Of a DNA stretch of 64,000 nucleotides, positions 50,379 through 63,663 are shown in pieces. How positions within the stretch are numbered: position 1 is the first letter of the stretch; each line of letters starts with the position of its first letter. The notes beneath the pieces were generated by a model. It searched no databases. It worked only from the letters and a program-made list of their open reading frames with translations, and was not told where the DNA came from. This DNA is from an uncultured Gammaproteobacteria bacterium. Lineage in GTDB: Bacteria; Pseudomonadota; Gammaproteobacteria; Xanthomonadales; Xanthomonadaceae. Location: assembly GCA_963726305.1 (NCBI GenBank), contig CAVSCB010000013.1:32816-96815 (forward strand), read 5' to 3'. The position numbers and the translations under genes are program-made.

Positions 50379-50737
50379 GCCTTGCCTCCAAATTGTTTCT
50401 TGAAGCCATTGTCGGTGAAGCCGACGCTGATCGTGTCATCCACGACAACCACCGGACGCTTCACCAGCGCCGGATATTCCTTGAGCAACAACGTCCACTC
50501 GGGATCGGAGCCCGGCGTCTTGCGCGGCTCGGGCAGCGTCCGCCAGGTGGTGGAGGCACGGTTGATCAACTTGTCCCAGCCGCCGAGTTGCGCGGCCCAG
50601 GCCTTCAAGGTCGCCGGCTCGACGCGCTGCGCCCGGTAATCGATGAACTGGTGTTCGACGCCGAAACGGGTCAGCCAGTTGCGCGCCTTCTTGCAGGTGT
50701 CGCAGTTGTCCAGGCCATACAGGGTGACGGTCGCCAT
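50375..50737 (-). CDS. ArsC/Spx (YffB-like) family protein
   Basis: [17 protein letters not shown]...LVKRPV. Confidence 0.9.
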   Translation of the reverse strand: MATVTLYGLDNCDTCKKARNWLTRFGVEHQFIDYRAQRVEPATLKAWAAQLGGWDKLINRASTTWRTLPEPRKTPGSDPEWTLLLKEYPALVKRPVVVVDDTISVGFTDNGFKKQFGGKA

Positions 50738-50742
50738 CAACG

Positions 50743-51572
<830 letters not shown>

Positions 51573-51598
<26 letters not shown>

Positions 51599-54279
51599 TG
51601 CTGGTGTCCCCTTCCAGGCAGGCGATCAACGCGCCGCGCATGTCTTCGATTGATTGTGGATCGGTGAGCGCGCGATTGTCGTGGTCGCTGAGCAGGAAGA
51701 TATCCTCGACCCGCTCGCCGAAGGTGGCGATCCGCGCATCATGCACGCGCAGGCGATGGCCGCGAAGCACCTGGGCCACGTCGGCAAGCAGGCCGGGGCG
51801 ATCGGTGCCGACCAGGCTCAGCCGGGTCCGCTGGCCGCCTTCGATGGTGTCGAGATCGACCCGCGCCGGAACCTTGAAATGACGCAAGTGGCGCGGCATT
51901 GCCCGACGGGCGGGCTTCACCGCGGCCGGATCGCGCAGCGCGGCCTGCAGGGTATCGATGATCTTCGCCGGCTCGGGCACATGGCCGCCGGCCTGCACCT
52001 GGAAATTATCCAGCGCGTAGTCGTCGGTGGAATTGAGGATGCGCGCATCGAGCACGTTCAGCCCGAGCCGATCCAGCGTCGCCACCAGCGCGGCGAACAA
52101 GCCATCGCGATCCGGCGTGCGCACGAACACCTCGAAGCTGCTCGGCGTGTCGTGGCCGCGTACGAGCACTTGCGACGCGCATGGATGGCTAGTGTCGCGG
52201 GAGGCAGGATGCCGGGAGCGACCGAAGGCTGCTGCAACTGGGCCAGCACGCCATGCGTCTGCCAGACCAGCTGCTCGGGCCGATAGCGCAGGAACGCTTC
52301 GTCGGGGAAGGTCGCCCACAACGCGTTCGATGGCGCCTTCGTCGAAGCCCGAATCGAGCAACTTGGCCAGCGCCATGTTGCCGGTGTCGGCCATGATGTC
52401 CTCGGCGTTGAGCGGATGTTCCAGGCCGCGACGCAGCGCATAGCGCGTGGCCGTGTGCAGGTCGGCGAGCAGGCGGTCCTTCCAGCCGTTCCACAACTTG
52501 GGGCTGGTGCCGGCGATGTCGGCGCAGGTCAGCAGGTACAGGTAATCGAGGTGTTCGCGATCGGCCACGAACTCGGCGAAGCGGGTCACGACCTCCGGAT
52601 CGGAAATGTCCTGCCTCTGCGCGGTCACCGACATCAGCAGATGGTTGCGCACCAGCCACACCAGCAGCTCCACGTCCGCGCTCGGCAGCCCATGCGCCTC
52701 GGCGAATTCGCGCACATCCTCCGCGCCCAGCTGGGAATGATCGCCGCGGCGGCCCTTGGCGATATCGTGGAACAGTCCGGCGACCAGCAGCAGGAACGGC
52801 TTGCGCAGGCGCGGCACGACATCGGAGGTGATCGCGAAACCGGGCACTGGAACGCCGCGGAGGAATTCATCCATCAGGCGCAGCACGGTCAGGGTGTGCT
52901 GGTCGACCGTATAGACATGGAACAGGTCGTATTGCATGCGCCCGGCGACCTTGCCGAACGCCGGCAGGTAGCGCCCAAGCACGCCGAGCCGGGCCATGCG
53001 CTTGAGCATCGGCACCGCATTCGGCAGGGCCAGCAATTCGATGAAGCGCGCGCGCACCGCCTCGGGCTCAGCCTGGTAGGGACGGATGGTCGGCAAGCGA
53101 CTCGGCCAGCCCGCGCGCAGTATCCGAATGCAGGCCGCGCGCCGTTTCCTGTTGTGACCAGACGGCGAACAACTCGAGGATCTCGCCCATGCCGCGTCCG
53201 AGCGGCGCGGCATCGGTCATGGCCAGGTAGCCATGACGCAACTCGAAGCCGGGCGATACCGGCACCGGCGCGCTGGCGCCGGCCAGTTGCTCCTCGAAAC
53301 GCTGCAGCAGGCGGTCATTGATCCGCAGCATGGTCGCGGCGGCGCGGAAGAAAACCTGCATCATCTGCTCGACCGCCAGGTTGCCCTCCTCGTCCTGCAG
53401 GCCCATCAGCGTCGGCCAGATTCTTCTGGTGGTCGAACAGCAGGCGCTCCTCGCGCCGGCCGGCCGACCAGGTGCAGGCCGAAGCGAAGCCGGGCGAGCA
53501 CCGCCCATTTCTGCTCCAGGCGTGGCGCATTCGACTTCGCCGAGCAGGCCCAGCGGCACCAACGCGCGCAGGCCGGGCACGCCATAAAGGCGCATGCCCA
53601 TCCAGGTGACGGTATGCAGGTCGCGCAGGCCGCCCGGGCCTTCCTTGAGGTTGGGCTCCAGGTTGTCGGCGGTGTCGTTGTATCTGGCATGGCGCGCGCG
53701 CTGCTTCCTGCGCGCTTGGCCTCGAAATATTTCGCCGGGCGGCCACATCTTCTTCGGCGCCAGCGCCGCGACCAGCGGCAATCCGCGCGGCATCGTCGCC
53801 AGCCGAGCGTGCGCAACTCCATCATCGAGGTCAGCGTGGCGATGTCGTCGCGCGCGGCGTGCACGCATTGCTCGACGGAGCGCACGGCATGGCCGGTCGC
53901 CAGGCCGGCATCCCAGAGCATCGCGAAGAAACGCGACATGGCCGGCTCGTTCTTCTTCTGCACGCGCGGCTCGGCCAGCACCAGCAGGTCGATGTCGGAA
54001 AGCGGATACAGTTCGCCGCGGCCGTAGCCGCCGGTCGCCAGCAGGGTCAGCGGTTCCCTGGCGGCGACGCAACGCTGCCAGGCCGTGGTCACCAGCGGTA
54101 TCGATCAACGCGCAGCGCTGTGCCGATCAGGCGTTCGACGCTTTCGCCGGCGGCGAAACGCGTTGCAGCAGCGCACGGTGCTCGGCCAGGGCCGCCTTGG
54201 CCATTTCCCGCCAGGCCGCATCGTCGCCCGCTTGCGCAAGTCGCGAAGCCAGCGAGTCAACGGGCGCGGGCGAACTCAC
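51573..54279 (-). CDS. glnD: Bifunctional uridylyltransferase/uridylyl-removing enzyme, many frameshifts
   Basis: [49 protein letters not shown] domains DRDGLF and DRPGLL; start approximate. Confidence 0.93.
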
Positions 54280-55055
54280 AGATCATTGTCGTCGCCCGGG
54301 AGCCGGGTCAGGATTTCCACGCCGTCGTCGGTCACCGCGACGGTGTGTTCCCACTGCGCCGAGAGCGAGCGGTCCTTGGTCACCACGGTCCAGCCATCGG
54401 GCATCAGCCGGGTGTGCCGCGCGCCTTCGTTGACCATCGGCTCGATGGTGAAGGTCATGCCCTTCTCCAGGCGCAGGCCGGTGCCGGCTGCGCCGTAATG
54501 CAGGACCTGCGGGTCTTCGTGGTAGATCTGGCCGATGCCATGGCCGCAGTACTCGCGGACCACCGAGAAGCGCTCGGCCTCGACATAGCGCTGGATGGCG
54601 TGGCCGATATCGCCCAGGGTCGCGCCCGGGCCGGACGATGCGGATGCCTGGAACATGGCCTCGCGGGTGACGTCGACCAGGCGCTTGGCCTTCACCGACG
54701 GTTTGCCGACGATGTACATGCGGCTGGTGTCGCCGTGCCAGCCGTCCTTGATCACGGTGACGTCGATATTGACGATGTCGCCGTCCTTCAGGATCTTGGC
54801 GTGGGTCGGGATGCCGTGGCAGATGACGTTGTTGACCGAAGTGCAGATGGTCGCCGGAAAGCCTTTGTAGCCGACGTTGGCCGGGATGGCTTTCTGCACG
54901 TTGACGATGTGTTCGTGGCAGATGCGGTCAAGTTCGGCGGTAGCTGACGCCCGGCTTTGACGATGCGGCGCTGACCATTTGCAGCACTTCGGCGGCCAGA
55001 CGGCCGGCGACGCGCATCTTCTCGATATCTTCGGGGGTCTTGATGCTTACTTCAT
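54276..55055 (-). CDS. map: Methionine aminopeptidase type I, 5' frameshifts
   Basis: CTSVNNVICHGIP, IDVTV...GDTS, CGHGIG, TIEPMVN, AQWEHT. Confidence 0.95.
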
Positions 55056-55159
55056 GTCCGGATTATCCAACAGTTGCAAGGGTTTAGGCCAGCCCGTGTA
55101 TAATCCGCCGGTTGCGGCTTGACGTCACAACCGCCCACGCCGAGCGTCATCGGTGAATT

Positions 55160-55250
55160 CACACATCGGCTATCCCCCGTCCCGGGGTGCCCTGACCGGT
55201 TCAAAGGTCGCGGTTCGAGACGGCAGCCAGGTGGAGGCCCAACCCCGGAA
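55160..55250 (+). ncRNA. rpsB 5' leader (t44-like S2 autoregulatory element)
   Basis: Blocks CACAC...CCGGGGTGCCC...GTGGAGGC..AACCCC resemble the E. coli t44/rpsB leader as I recall it; TATAAT at 55099-55104 with a GC-rich discriminator. Confidence 0.75.
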
Positions 55251-55303
55251 CCAATCGTCCGCCCTATATGCGGCGCGGTTCCTATTTCTTCAAGGACATA
55301 CTC

Positions 55304-56154
55304 ATGACCCAAGTCACCATGCGCCAGATGCTGGAAGCCGGCGTCCATTTCGGCCACCAGACGCGCTACTGGAATCCCAAAATGGGCCCGTACATCTTCG
55401 GCGCCCGCGGCAAGATCCACATCATCAACCTCGAGAAGACCCTGCCCCTGTTCCAGGACGCGATGAACTTCGTCTCGGCCCTGGCCCAGAAGCGCGGCAC
55501 CATCCTGTTCGTCGGCACCAAGCGTTCGGCCCGCGATTCCGTCAAGGAAGAAGCGAGCGTTGCGGCATGCCCTACATGAGCATGCGCTGGCTCGGCGGCA
55601 CCCTGACCAACTTCCGCACCGTGAAGGCCTCGGTCTCGCGCCTGAAGGAACTGGAAGCCGCTGAAACCGACGGCACCTTCGAGAAGATGGTCAAGCACGA
55701 AGTGCTCGGCCTGCGTCGCGAGCGCGACAAGCTGCTGGCCTCGCTGGGCGGCATCAAGGAAATGAACCGCTTGCCCGACGCGCTGTTCGTGATCGATATC
55801 GGCCACGAGAACATCGCCGTGCAGGAAGCCAAGAAGCTCGGCATCCCGGTCATCGCCGTGGTCGATACCAACTACGACCCCAACCTGGTCGACTACCCGA
55901 TCCCGGGCAACGACGACGCCATCCGCGCCGTGCAGCTGTACGTGCGCGCCGCCGCCGACTCGGTGCTGGAAGGCAAGGCTGCCGCCCCGCAGGCCGGCCA
56001 GCGCGACGACGAGTTCATCGAACTCGACGCCGAAGGCAATCCGGTCGCCAAGGAAGACAAGAAGGCGGCCCCGCGCCGCGCCCCGCCGCCGAAGAAGGGC
56101 GCACCGCGCCGTGATGGCGCGCGTCCCGACGGCAAGCGCGACGGCGCCCGCTGA
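55304..56154 (+). CDS. rpsB: 30S ribosomal protein S2, frameshift near 55553
   Basis: [39 protein letters not shown]. Confidence 0.97.
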
Positions 56155-56169
56155 GTAACAAGCTAGTCA

Positions 56170-56208
56170 CGCGGGAGCAGCATGCTGCTCCCGCGCTTTC
56201 ATTCTTTC
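56170..56208 (+). terminator. rpsB-tsf intergenic hairpin (partial terminator/attenuator)
   Basis: 26-bp perfect palindrome CGCGGGAGCAGCATGCTGCTCCCGCG followed by CTTTCATTCTTT. Confidence 0.65.
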
Positions 56209-56226
56209 AAAAATTCGAGGTAACCC

Positions 56227-57101
56227 ATGGAAATCACCGCCAGCCTGGTCAAGGAACTGCGCGAGCGCTCCGGCGCCGGCATGATGGAGTGCAAGAAGGC
56301 TCTCGCCGAAAACGAAGGCCACATAGACAACGCGATGGAATACCTGCGCAAGACCGGTCTTGCCAAGGCCGACAAGAAATCCGGCCGCGTGGCCGCCGAA
56401 GGTCGCATCGTGATGGCCTCGGCTCCCGGCAAGGTCGTGCTGGTCGAGATCAATTCGGAAACCGACTTCGTGGCCAAGGACGACAACTTCCTCGCCTTCA
56501 CCAACGCCGTCGCCGACAGCCGCGCTGGCTTCCGGCGCCGCGGATGCCGAAGCGCTGAAGAACGCCAGCGTCGGCAACGAGCACCGTCGAGCAGGCCCGC
56601 GCCGCGCTGATCGCCAAGGTCGGCGAAAACGTGCAGGTTCGTCGCCTGGTTCGCATGGAGAGCGGCAACATCGTCGCCGGCTACATGCACGGCGGCCGCA
56701 TCGGCGTGCTGGTCGAGCTCAAGGGCGGCGACGCCGAGCTGGCCAAGGGCCTGGCGATGCACATCGCCGCGATGAATCCTCCCTACATCAAGGCTTCCGA
56801 CGTCCCGGCCGATTTCATCGCCAAGGAAAAGGAAATCGAGATGGCCAAGATGACCGACAAGGACAAGGCCAAGCCGGCCGAAATCCTCGAGAAAATCATC
56901 AGCGGCAAGGTCGCCAAGATCGTCAACGAAGTCACCCTGACCGGCCAGCCGTATGCGCTGGACACCGACAAGACCGTTGACGCGGTGCTCAAGGCCGCCA
57001 AGGCCGAAGTCGTCAGCTTCTCGCGCATCGCCGTCGGCGAAGGCATCGAGAAAGTGGTCGAGGACTACGCTGCCGAAGTGGCGAAGGCCATGCAGGCCTG
57101 A
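56227..57101 (+). CDS. tsf: Elongation factor Ts, frameshifted around 56520-56590
   Basis: [45 protein letters not shown]. Confidence 0.96.
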
Positions 57102-57124
57102 CCGCCCGATTCCATGGTGGTACG

Positions 57125-57155
57125 AAAAAACCCGCGAGCGATCGCGGGTTTTTTT
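57125..57155. terminator. Bidirectional intrinsic terminator
   Basis: AAAAAACCCGCGA-gcga-TCGCGGGTTTTTTT between convergent tsf and the DUF418 gene. Confidence 0.9.
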
Positions 57156-57227
57156 GTACTTCGAAAGACCGACGGGACAGGGCTTGGTGGTGCCGGCATC
57201 AATGGCCGATACCCCGACGGCTTCGAA

Positions 57228-58487
57228 CTACCTCAGGCCAGCGGCCACGCGCAACATCGGCATGCGCCGACGATAGGTCAGCGAACGCCACAACCACTCC
57301 ATCGGCCCGAAGGCGTAGCGGCTCAGCCACCAGCGCGAGAACAGCCATTGGCAGCCGTAGATCGACAGCGCGGTGGCCACGACCTGCCATGGCGCGAGCC
57401 GGCCAAACAAGCCAAAGCCGATGCCATAGAAGATCGTGGTGCACAGGATGGTCTGGCTGAGGTAGTTGGTGAGCGCCATGCGCCCGACCGGTGCGAACTG
57501 GCGTAGCCAGCGCTCGCCGCCGGCCTGCCAGAGAAGGACGAAGCCGGAGGCATAGGCCAAGGCCATCGGCACCACCGCGAACGCATACAGAACCGTGGTC
57601 TGCAGACCCTCCATGTTCGGCGGACCGCCGCGCTGGCCAGGCATCGCGCCAAGAAGCACGCCGGCAGGCAGTCCGACGAGAAATCCCACCATGCAAACCC
57701 GGGTCAGCAAAGCCCGATCGTTCAATAGCGTACCGGCGACGAGTCGACGCCCCACCCACAGGCCAAGCATGAAGATGCCCATTACCTTCGGCAGGCGCCA
57801 GCTTTGCAGAAGGTCGCCCACGCGGAACGGCGGTCCGGGCAAGGTCCATTCCATGAAAGCGGCCCAACCCTCGAGCCGTACCCGCTCCAGACCCGACAGC
57901 TTTGAATGCTCCGGACTCAAAGCCTGGTCCAGGTACATGCCGAAGTCGTAAAACGGCTCATAGAGCCGAACCTGCGCCGCCCAGGTGAGTGCGTATCCAA
58001 AGATCGGGAACAGTACCAGCGCCGCCGCTCCGATCAGCAACGCACGGTCGGACAGGCGCCGGCAGGCGACCAGCACGAAGCCGAGCAGCGAATACAACAC
58101 CAGGATGTCGCCGTACCAGATCAGGCAAAGGTGGACCATGCCGATGCCCAGCAGCACCCAAAGTCGCCGACGGAAGATGGTCAATGCTTCGGTGGCATGG
58201 CGTTGGCTCAATCGCGCCAGGATCACTGCAAAGCCAATGCCGAACATCAGCGAAAACAGGCTGTAGAAGCGGCCGTCTATGAAGGCGTGGTGCAGGAAGC
58301 TCCAGACCATGACACCGGTCTCGCTGGACAAGGCCACCCGCTGCTCCTGGCTCAGGTCGTACCAGCCACAGAAGCCGAGGATGTTGGCGAGCAGCACGCC
58401 GAGAAGCGCGAAGCCCCGCAGGGCATCGAGTATCTCGAAGCGGTCGCCGTTTGGCGCGGGTAGCGCCCTGGCTGACGTCTCACCCAT
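57228..58487 (-). CDS. DUF418 (YeiB-like) membrane protein
   Basis: RFEILDALRGFALLG, FYSLFSLMFGIG, WYGDILVLY, GRMALTNYLSQT, GPMEWLWRSLTY. Confidence 0.88.
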   Translation of the reverse strand: MGETSARALPAPNGDRFEILDALRGFALLGVLLANILGFCGWYDLSQEQRVALSSETGVMVWSFLHHAFIDGRFYSLFSLMFGIGFAVILARLSQRHATEALTIFRRRLWVLLGIGMVHLCLIWYGDILVLYSLLGFVLVACRRLSDRALLIGAAALVLFPIFGYALTWAAQVRLYEPFYDFGMYLDQALSPEHSKLSGLERVRLEGWAAFMEWTLPGPPFRVGDLLQSWRLPKVMGIFMLGLWVGRRLVAGTLLNDRALLTRVCMVGFLVGLPAGVLLGAMPGQRGGPPNMEGLQTTVLYAFAVVPMALAYASGFVLLWQAGGERWLRQFAPVGRMALTNYLSQTILCTTIFYGIGFGLFGRLAPWQVVATALSIYGCQWLFSRWWLSRYAFGPMEWLWRSLTYRRRMPMLRVAAGLR

Positions 58488-58497
58488 CGGGCCACCC

Positions 58498-59321
58498 CTA
58501 CTGCCGCGGCAGATACAGCAACGGATCGACCGGCTTGCCGTTTCGCCGGATCTCGAAATGCAACATGTCGCGACGTCGCGCCGGTCCGTCCCATCTCGGC
58601 GATCGACGTCGCCCGACTTCATCCTTGCGCCTTCGGCAAAAAGCCGGCGACGGTTGTGCGCGTAAGCCGACAGCCATTCTTCGGAGTGCTTGATGATGAT
58701 CAGCTCCCCGTAGCCGACCAGGCCGGCGCCGGAATAGACCACGACGCCGTCGGCGGCCGCCAGGATGTCCTGCCCGGCGTCCCGGCGATGTTGATGCCCT
58801 GCTGGTCTGGTCGCCGGCCACATAGCGACCGATGATCTGCCCGGTGTCGGCCAGCGCCAGGTCCGGGCTGCGGATAGACCGTGGTGGGCGCCGGTGTCGC
58901 CGGCTTGGCGGCCGACCCGCCACGGGGCGGCGGCGACCGCGGCGCCCGACGCCTGGGGAAGCGGCTGTGCCCGCTGCGCGCGGTGCTCGCCTGGTTCGGA
59001 CCCGACGGCCGCAGGCGAAGGCGCTGGCCGACCTTGATCACGTAAGGGTCGCCGATTCCGTTCCAGGCCGCGACGTCCTGGAACTTGCAGGCCGAACCGG
59101 AACGAAATTCCATACAGGGTCTCGCCAGCGCGCACGGTATAGGTGCCGTTGGCCGGGATCGCGGACGGCGCCGCGCGCGATGACGCTTGCGCCTGTGACT
59201 TGCCGGCGGCGGAGGGGCCCGCCTTGCCATCGCGCTCGACGATGCGCGAATGACTGCAGGCGCCAAGCGCGAGGGAGCCGGCGACCAGCAGAACCGCAAG
59301 AAGTCGCTTCTTCGGAATCAT
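58498..59321 (-). CDS. nlpD: LysM plus M23 lipoprotein NlpD, frameshifted
   Basis: Lipobox LGAC; YTVRAGETLYGI (LysM); AADGVVVYSG...YGELIIIKH...AYAHN; LHFEIR...VDPL. Confidence 0.9.
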
Positions 59322-59354
59322 CGAGCGCAATTCAAGCACGGGGAGCGGCCGCTG

Positions 59355-59952
59355 TCATGGCCCGTGATTGCGCATAGAGCATCCAGGCGACAGCGACAAC
59401 CAACAGGACAAGCGCGCCCCAGCCGATCGGCTCGATATAGCTTTCGCAGCTTCGCTTCCGCCTTCTCGCCGCCCAAGCGGATCGCGCCGGCGACCAGGAA
59501 CACCCGCTTGCCGCGGCCGATCGCGCCGCCGGCGAAGAACGGCAGCAGCGGCATGCCGACCGCGCCCGAGGCCAGGGTGAATATCTTGAACGGAACCGGC
59601 GTGAATCCGGCGATCAGCAGCAACCAGAAACCATTGCTCGGCCGCCTGCTGCTTGATGCTCTCGAACTCGCCGGCGTAGCCCATCCGCTCGATCAGCGGC
59701 ATCGCCAGGTCGATGGCGTAATGGCCGATGGCGTAGCCGACGAACATGCCGAACATCGAGCCGATCAGGCTCAGGCTGGCATAGTGGAAACCCCGGCGCG
59801 GCGCGGCCACGCACATCGGCGCCAGCATCAACTCGGGCGGCACCGGGAAGAATGATCGCCTCGATGAAACTCAGGAATGTCAGCAATGCCGGCGCGCGCG
59901 GATGCCTGGCCCAGAGGATGGCGCGCTCGTAGAGCGGCTGGAAAATCTTCAT
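59355..59952 (-). CDS. yqaA: YqaA/DedA family membrane protein, frameshifted
   Basis: [15 protein letters not shown]...[21 protein letters not shown]; end approximate. Confidence 0.85.
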
Positions 59953-60646
59953 CAAGCGCAATCCATCAGATGGTCCCGGAACCAGCGGCACGAAGACGAC
60001 CTTGCCCAGGTCCTCGCTGCACCATGCCATCGGCTGTCTTGCGCAACGCGCAGCAGGTTCTGCGACGCCGGCACCGCCAACCGGCGCGACCAGGGTACCG
60101 CCCTCGTCGAGTTGGTCGAGCAGGCTGGCGTCGAGCGCCGCGCCCGCCGCCGTGACGATGATCGCGTCGAAAGGCGCGTGCTCCGGCCAGCCCATGCGCC
60201 CGTCGTCATGCTTGCGTGCGCAGGTTCAGGCCCATATTGCGGAAGCGGCGGCGCGCCACCCGCAGCAACTCCTCGATCCGCTCGACCGTGTAGACCTCCA
60301 TCCCCAGCGTCGCCAGCACCGCCGCCTGGTAGCCCGAGCCGGTGCCGATCTCCAGCACGCGCTTGGGCGTGCCGTGCTCGATCAGCGCCTCGGTCATGCG
60401 CGCGACGACCCAGGGCTGCGAGATCGTCTGGCCGTTGCCGATCGGCAGGGCGGTGTCCTCGTAGGCGCGCGAGGCCAGCGCCTCGTCGAGGAACAGATGC
60501 CGGGGCAACATGCGCAGCGCGCCGAGCACCCGCTCGTCGCGAATGCCGCCCTCGCTGCGCAACCGCTCGACCAGGCGGTCGCGCGCGCGCTGCGAGGTCA
60601 TGCCCTGCCCCTGCGCCTGCGGATTGCTGTGGTAACGGGCCGTCAT
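59952..60646 (-). CDS. pcm: Protein-L-isoaspartate O-methyltransferase, frameshifted
   Basis: [46 protein letters not shown]; end approximate. Confidence 0.93.
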
Positions 60647-61435
60647 TCGGTGTACTTTCAGCGACGCGGACAGACTGCTGACCCAACTGGCGACGCGTTT
60701 CCAGCGCCTGGTAGCGCGTCAGGTCGACATGGATCGGCGTGATCGAGATGTAACCCGCGGCGCACGGCGTGGAAATCGGTGCCCGGCGCCGGCGTCCTGC
60801 GCCGGACCCGGGCGGACCGATCCACCAGATCGGCCGGCCGCGCGGATCGTTCTGCTGCGATGCAGGGCTCGGCGCGGTGGCGATGGCCGAGGCGGCGTGA
60901 CTTCGAAGCCGCTGGATCTCGTCCCAGGGCAGGTCGGGCACGTTGACGTTGAGGATGGTGTCGGCCGGCAGCGGATCGGTGACCAGGCGCGCGATGATCT
61001 CCACCGCGGCGCGGGCGGCGGTCTCGAAGTGCATGCGCCTTGTGGTCGATGCTGGCCAGCGAGACCGCGATCGCCGGCAAGCCCAGGCAGCGCCCTTCCA
61101 TCGCCGCCGCGACCGTGCCGGAATAGATCACGTCGTCGCCGAGGTTGGCGGTGTTGTTGATGCCCGACAGCACGATGTCGGGATCGGCCTCGAGCATGCC
61201 CGACAGCGCCAGGTGCACGCAGTCGGTGGGCGTGCCGGCGACGCTCCAGATACCGTTGTCGCGGCGCTTGACCGCGCGGATCGGCTGGTCCAGCGTCAGC
61301 GAATTGCTGGCGCCGGAGCGGTCGCGGTCGGGCGCCACGACGGTGACTTCATGCCCGGCGCGCGCGCAGGGCATCGGCCAGATGGCGGATGCCGGGCGCG
61401 TCCACGCCATCGTCGTTGCTGACCAGTACGCGCAT
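60643..61435 (-). CDS. surE: 5'/3'-nucleotidase SurE, frameshifted
   Basis: [52 protein letters not shown]. Confidence 0.93.
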
Positions 61436-61511
61436 CGATATACCGCCGAAAGATAAATGATGGCGAATGGCACACACCGGTACCTTGCCTTCGCAGCCGA
61501 TGGAATCGCCG

Positions 61512-62080
61512 ATGAAGAGCGCCGAGCCCACCCGATCCGCGCCCGAGGACGCCGCGCTGTTCCGCGAGGCGAGTCGGCGAAGGTGCGCCGGATCGAGGCC
61601 GAACGCGGCCGCGACCGACCGCCCGCGCCCGGCGCCGGAACCGAGCCGGCTGCGCATCGACGAAGCCGAGGCGCTGCGCGAATCGCGCGACTGGTCGACG
61701 CCTGCGCGCCGATCGATGCCGCCGACGTGCTGGAATTACCGGCGCGACCAGAGATGCCGGAGCAAGACGCTGCAGCCAGCTTCGGCGCGGCCAGTTCAGC
61801 GTGCAGGACGAGCTCGACCTGCACCACCTGCGCGCGAGCCGACGCCGAACTGCCTGCTCAAGACTTTCCTCAACCGAGGCCCGGTCAGGAATCGCGACTG
61901 TTGCGTGCGGATCGTGCACGGCAAAGGCCTGCGCTCGGAAGCGACGCCGGTGCTAAGACGCTGGTCGATCGCGTCCTGCGCCAACGCGGCGACGTGCTTG
62001 CGTTCGCCTCCGCGCCGGTCAACCAGGGCGGAACGGGCGCCGTGCTGGTGCTGCTCGCAACGGTAGGAGGGCGCTTGAGC
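61512..62080 (+). CDS. Smr/MutS2 domain protein, heavily frameshifted
   Basis: [31 protein letters not shown]...[10 protein letters not shown]; end approximate. Confidence 0.8.
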
Positions 62081-62089
62081 CCGATGCTG

Positions 62090-63169
62090 ATTGTCGCCCG
62101 CAAGCGGTACAAGGCAGGCATTGACATCACCGAGTTCGGCCAGCACGAGGTCGCATAGGAGCCCGGCGGCAGCTTGAAATCCAGGCGCAGCACATCGTCC
62201 GCCGGCCACTGCCACTGCAGACTCGCTGACCCGAACCCGCAGCGACGGCCGCTCCTGCTTCAAGCCGGCCTTCTCCAGGCCCGCGCACAGTTCAGCGAAT
62301 GCATCGCGGTGGCCGTCGTTCGATCTCGCGCACGCATTGCGCTGGTGCGCAACTCGCCCGCGCCCCACAGCGGCCCGGTGGGATGGATGTCCGGCGGAGC
62401 GCGCGAGCGCGCAATTGCGCGGTGAATCGGCTCCGGACCGAACACGCTCTGGGTGCCATCGAGCATCCAGACCTCGCCTTCCGCAGCCGGTCGTTCCAGT
62501 TTCCGTGCTTCGATGCGCGCGCCAGCACGGCGTTGAACATCTCCGAACGCGCCGCGGACAGCAGGATCGAGCGCTGCTCGCGGCCGCACCCGCGCGCCGG
62601 CGAACATGCGCCGCGCCGCCTCGACGTTGTCGCCGTCGCGGCCGAAGCGCTGCTCGCCGAAATAATTCGGGATGCCGCCGCTCGCGGATCGACTCGCAGC
62701 CGCTCTCGATCGGCGCCACGCGGTCGCCACGCACCTCGCGCAGGACCAGCGCGAAGCGGTTGCCCGCCAGGGCGCCGCGCGGCAGCTTGCGGCATGCCAG
62801 GGCTGCTCGAGCACCCGGCATGCCGTCCGCTTCCAGCAGACGCCACGTCCGGCGCGACGCGCTTCGGGCAGGTGCACGGAGAAACGCTGGCGCGTCACCG
62901 CATGGCGGTCCTTCATGCCGGCGTAGCCGACGCCCATCTCCGGCGATCCCGGCCCAGCGCGCGAGCTTCTGGCCACGAACGCGGTGTTCATGCCGCGCTT
63001 CTCGACCGTCAGCAGCAGGTGCTCGCCCTGCCCGGTCGGCTGCGAACGACGCCAGTTCCTCGACACGAAATCCTCGGCAGCGCTGCGGAAGCGGGCCGTC
63101 GAGCGGTCGCCAACGCACGCGGCAGCCGGCTGGCAGCTGCGCCGGCAGGGTGAACGACAGGTCGGTCAC
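62090..63169 (-). CDS. truD: tRNA pseudouridine(13) synthase TruD, heavily frameshifted
   Basis: GEHLLLTVEK, YAGMKDRHAVTRQ, GNRF, PNYFGEQRFG, SAARSEMFN, IHPTGPLWG, LPPGSYAT; end approximate. Confidence 0.9.
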
Positions 63170-63646
63170 GCCAGCTCCAGCAGGACCACCGCATGGGCGG
63201 CGATGCCTTCGCCGCGACCGGTGAAGCCCAGCTTTCTCGGTAGTCGTGGCCTTGACGCTGACCTGGTCGACGTCGACGCCCAGGTCTTGCGGCCAGGCAT
63301 CGCGCGCATCGCCTCGGCGTGCGGGCCGATCTTCGGCAGCTCGCAGATCACGGTGATGTCGGCGTTGCCCAGCGTCCAGCCGTGCTGGCGCATCAGCAGC
63401 GCCGCAGTGGCGCAGGAACTCGCGGCTGTCGGCGTCCTTCCAGCGCGGATCGGTGGGCGGGAAATGCTGGCCGATGTCGCCCAGCGCCAGCGCGCCGAGC
63501 AGCGCGTCGCAGAGCGCGTGGATCACCACGTCGCCGTCGGAGTGCGCCAGTCGACCCGCGATCGTGCGGCAATGTCGCACGCCGCCGAGCATCAGGTGGT
63601 CGCCGTCGCCGAACGCGTGGACGTCGAAACCGCTGCCGATCCGCAT
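63166..63646 (-). CDS. ispF: MECDP synthase IspF, frameshifted
   Basis: MRIGSGFDVH, HSDGDV, GDIGQHFP, VKATTTE, GFTGRGEGIA. Confidence 0.93.
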
Positions 63647-63663
63647 CTGCCACCTCGCCAGAT

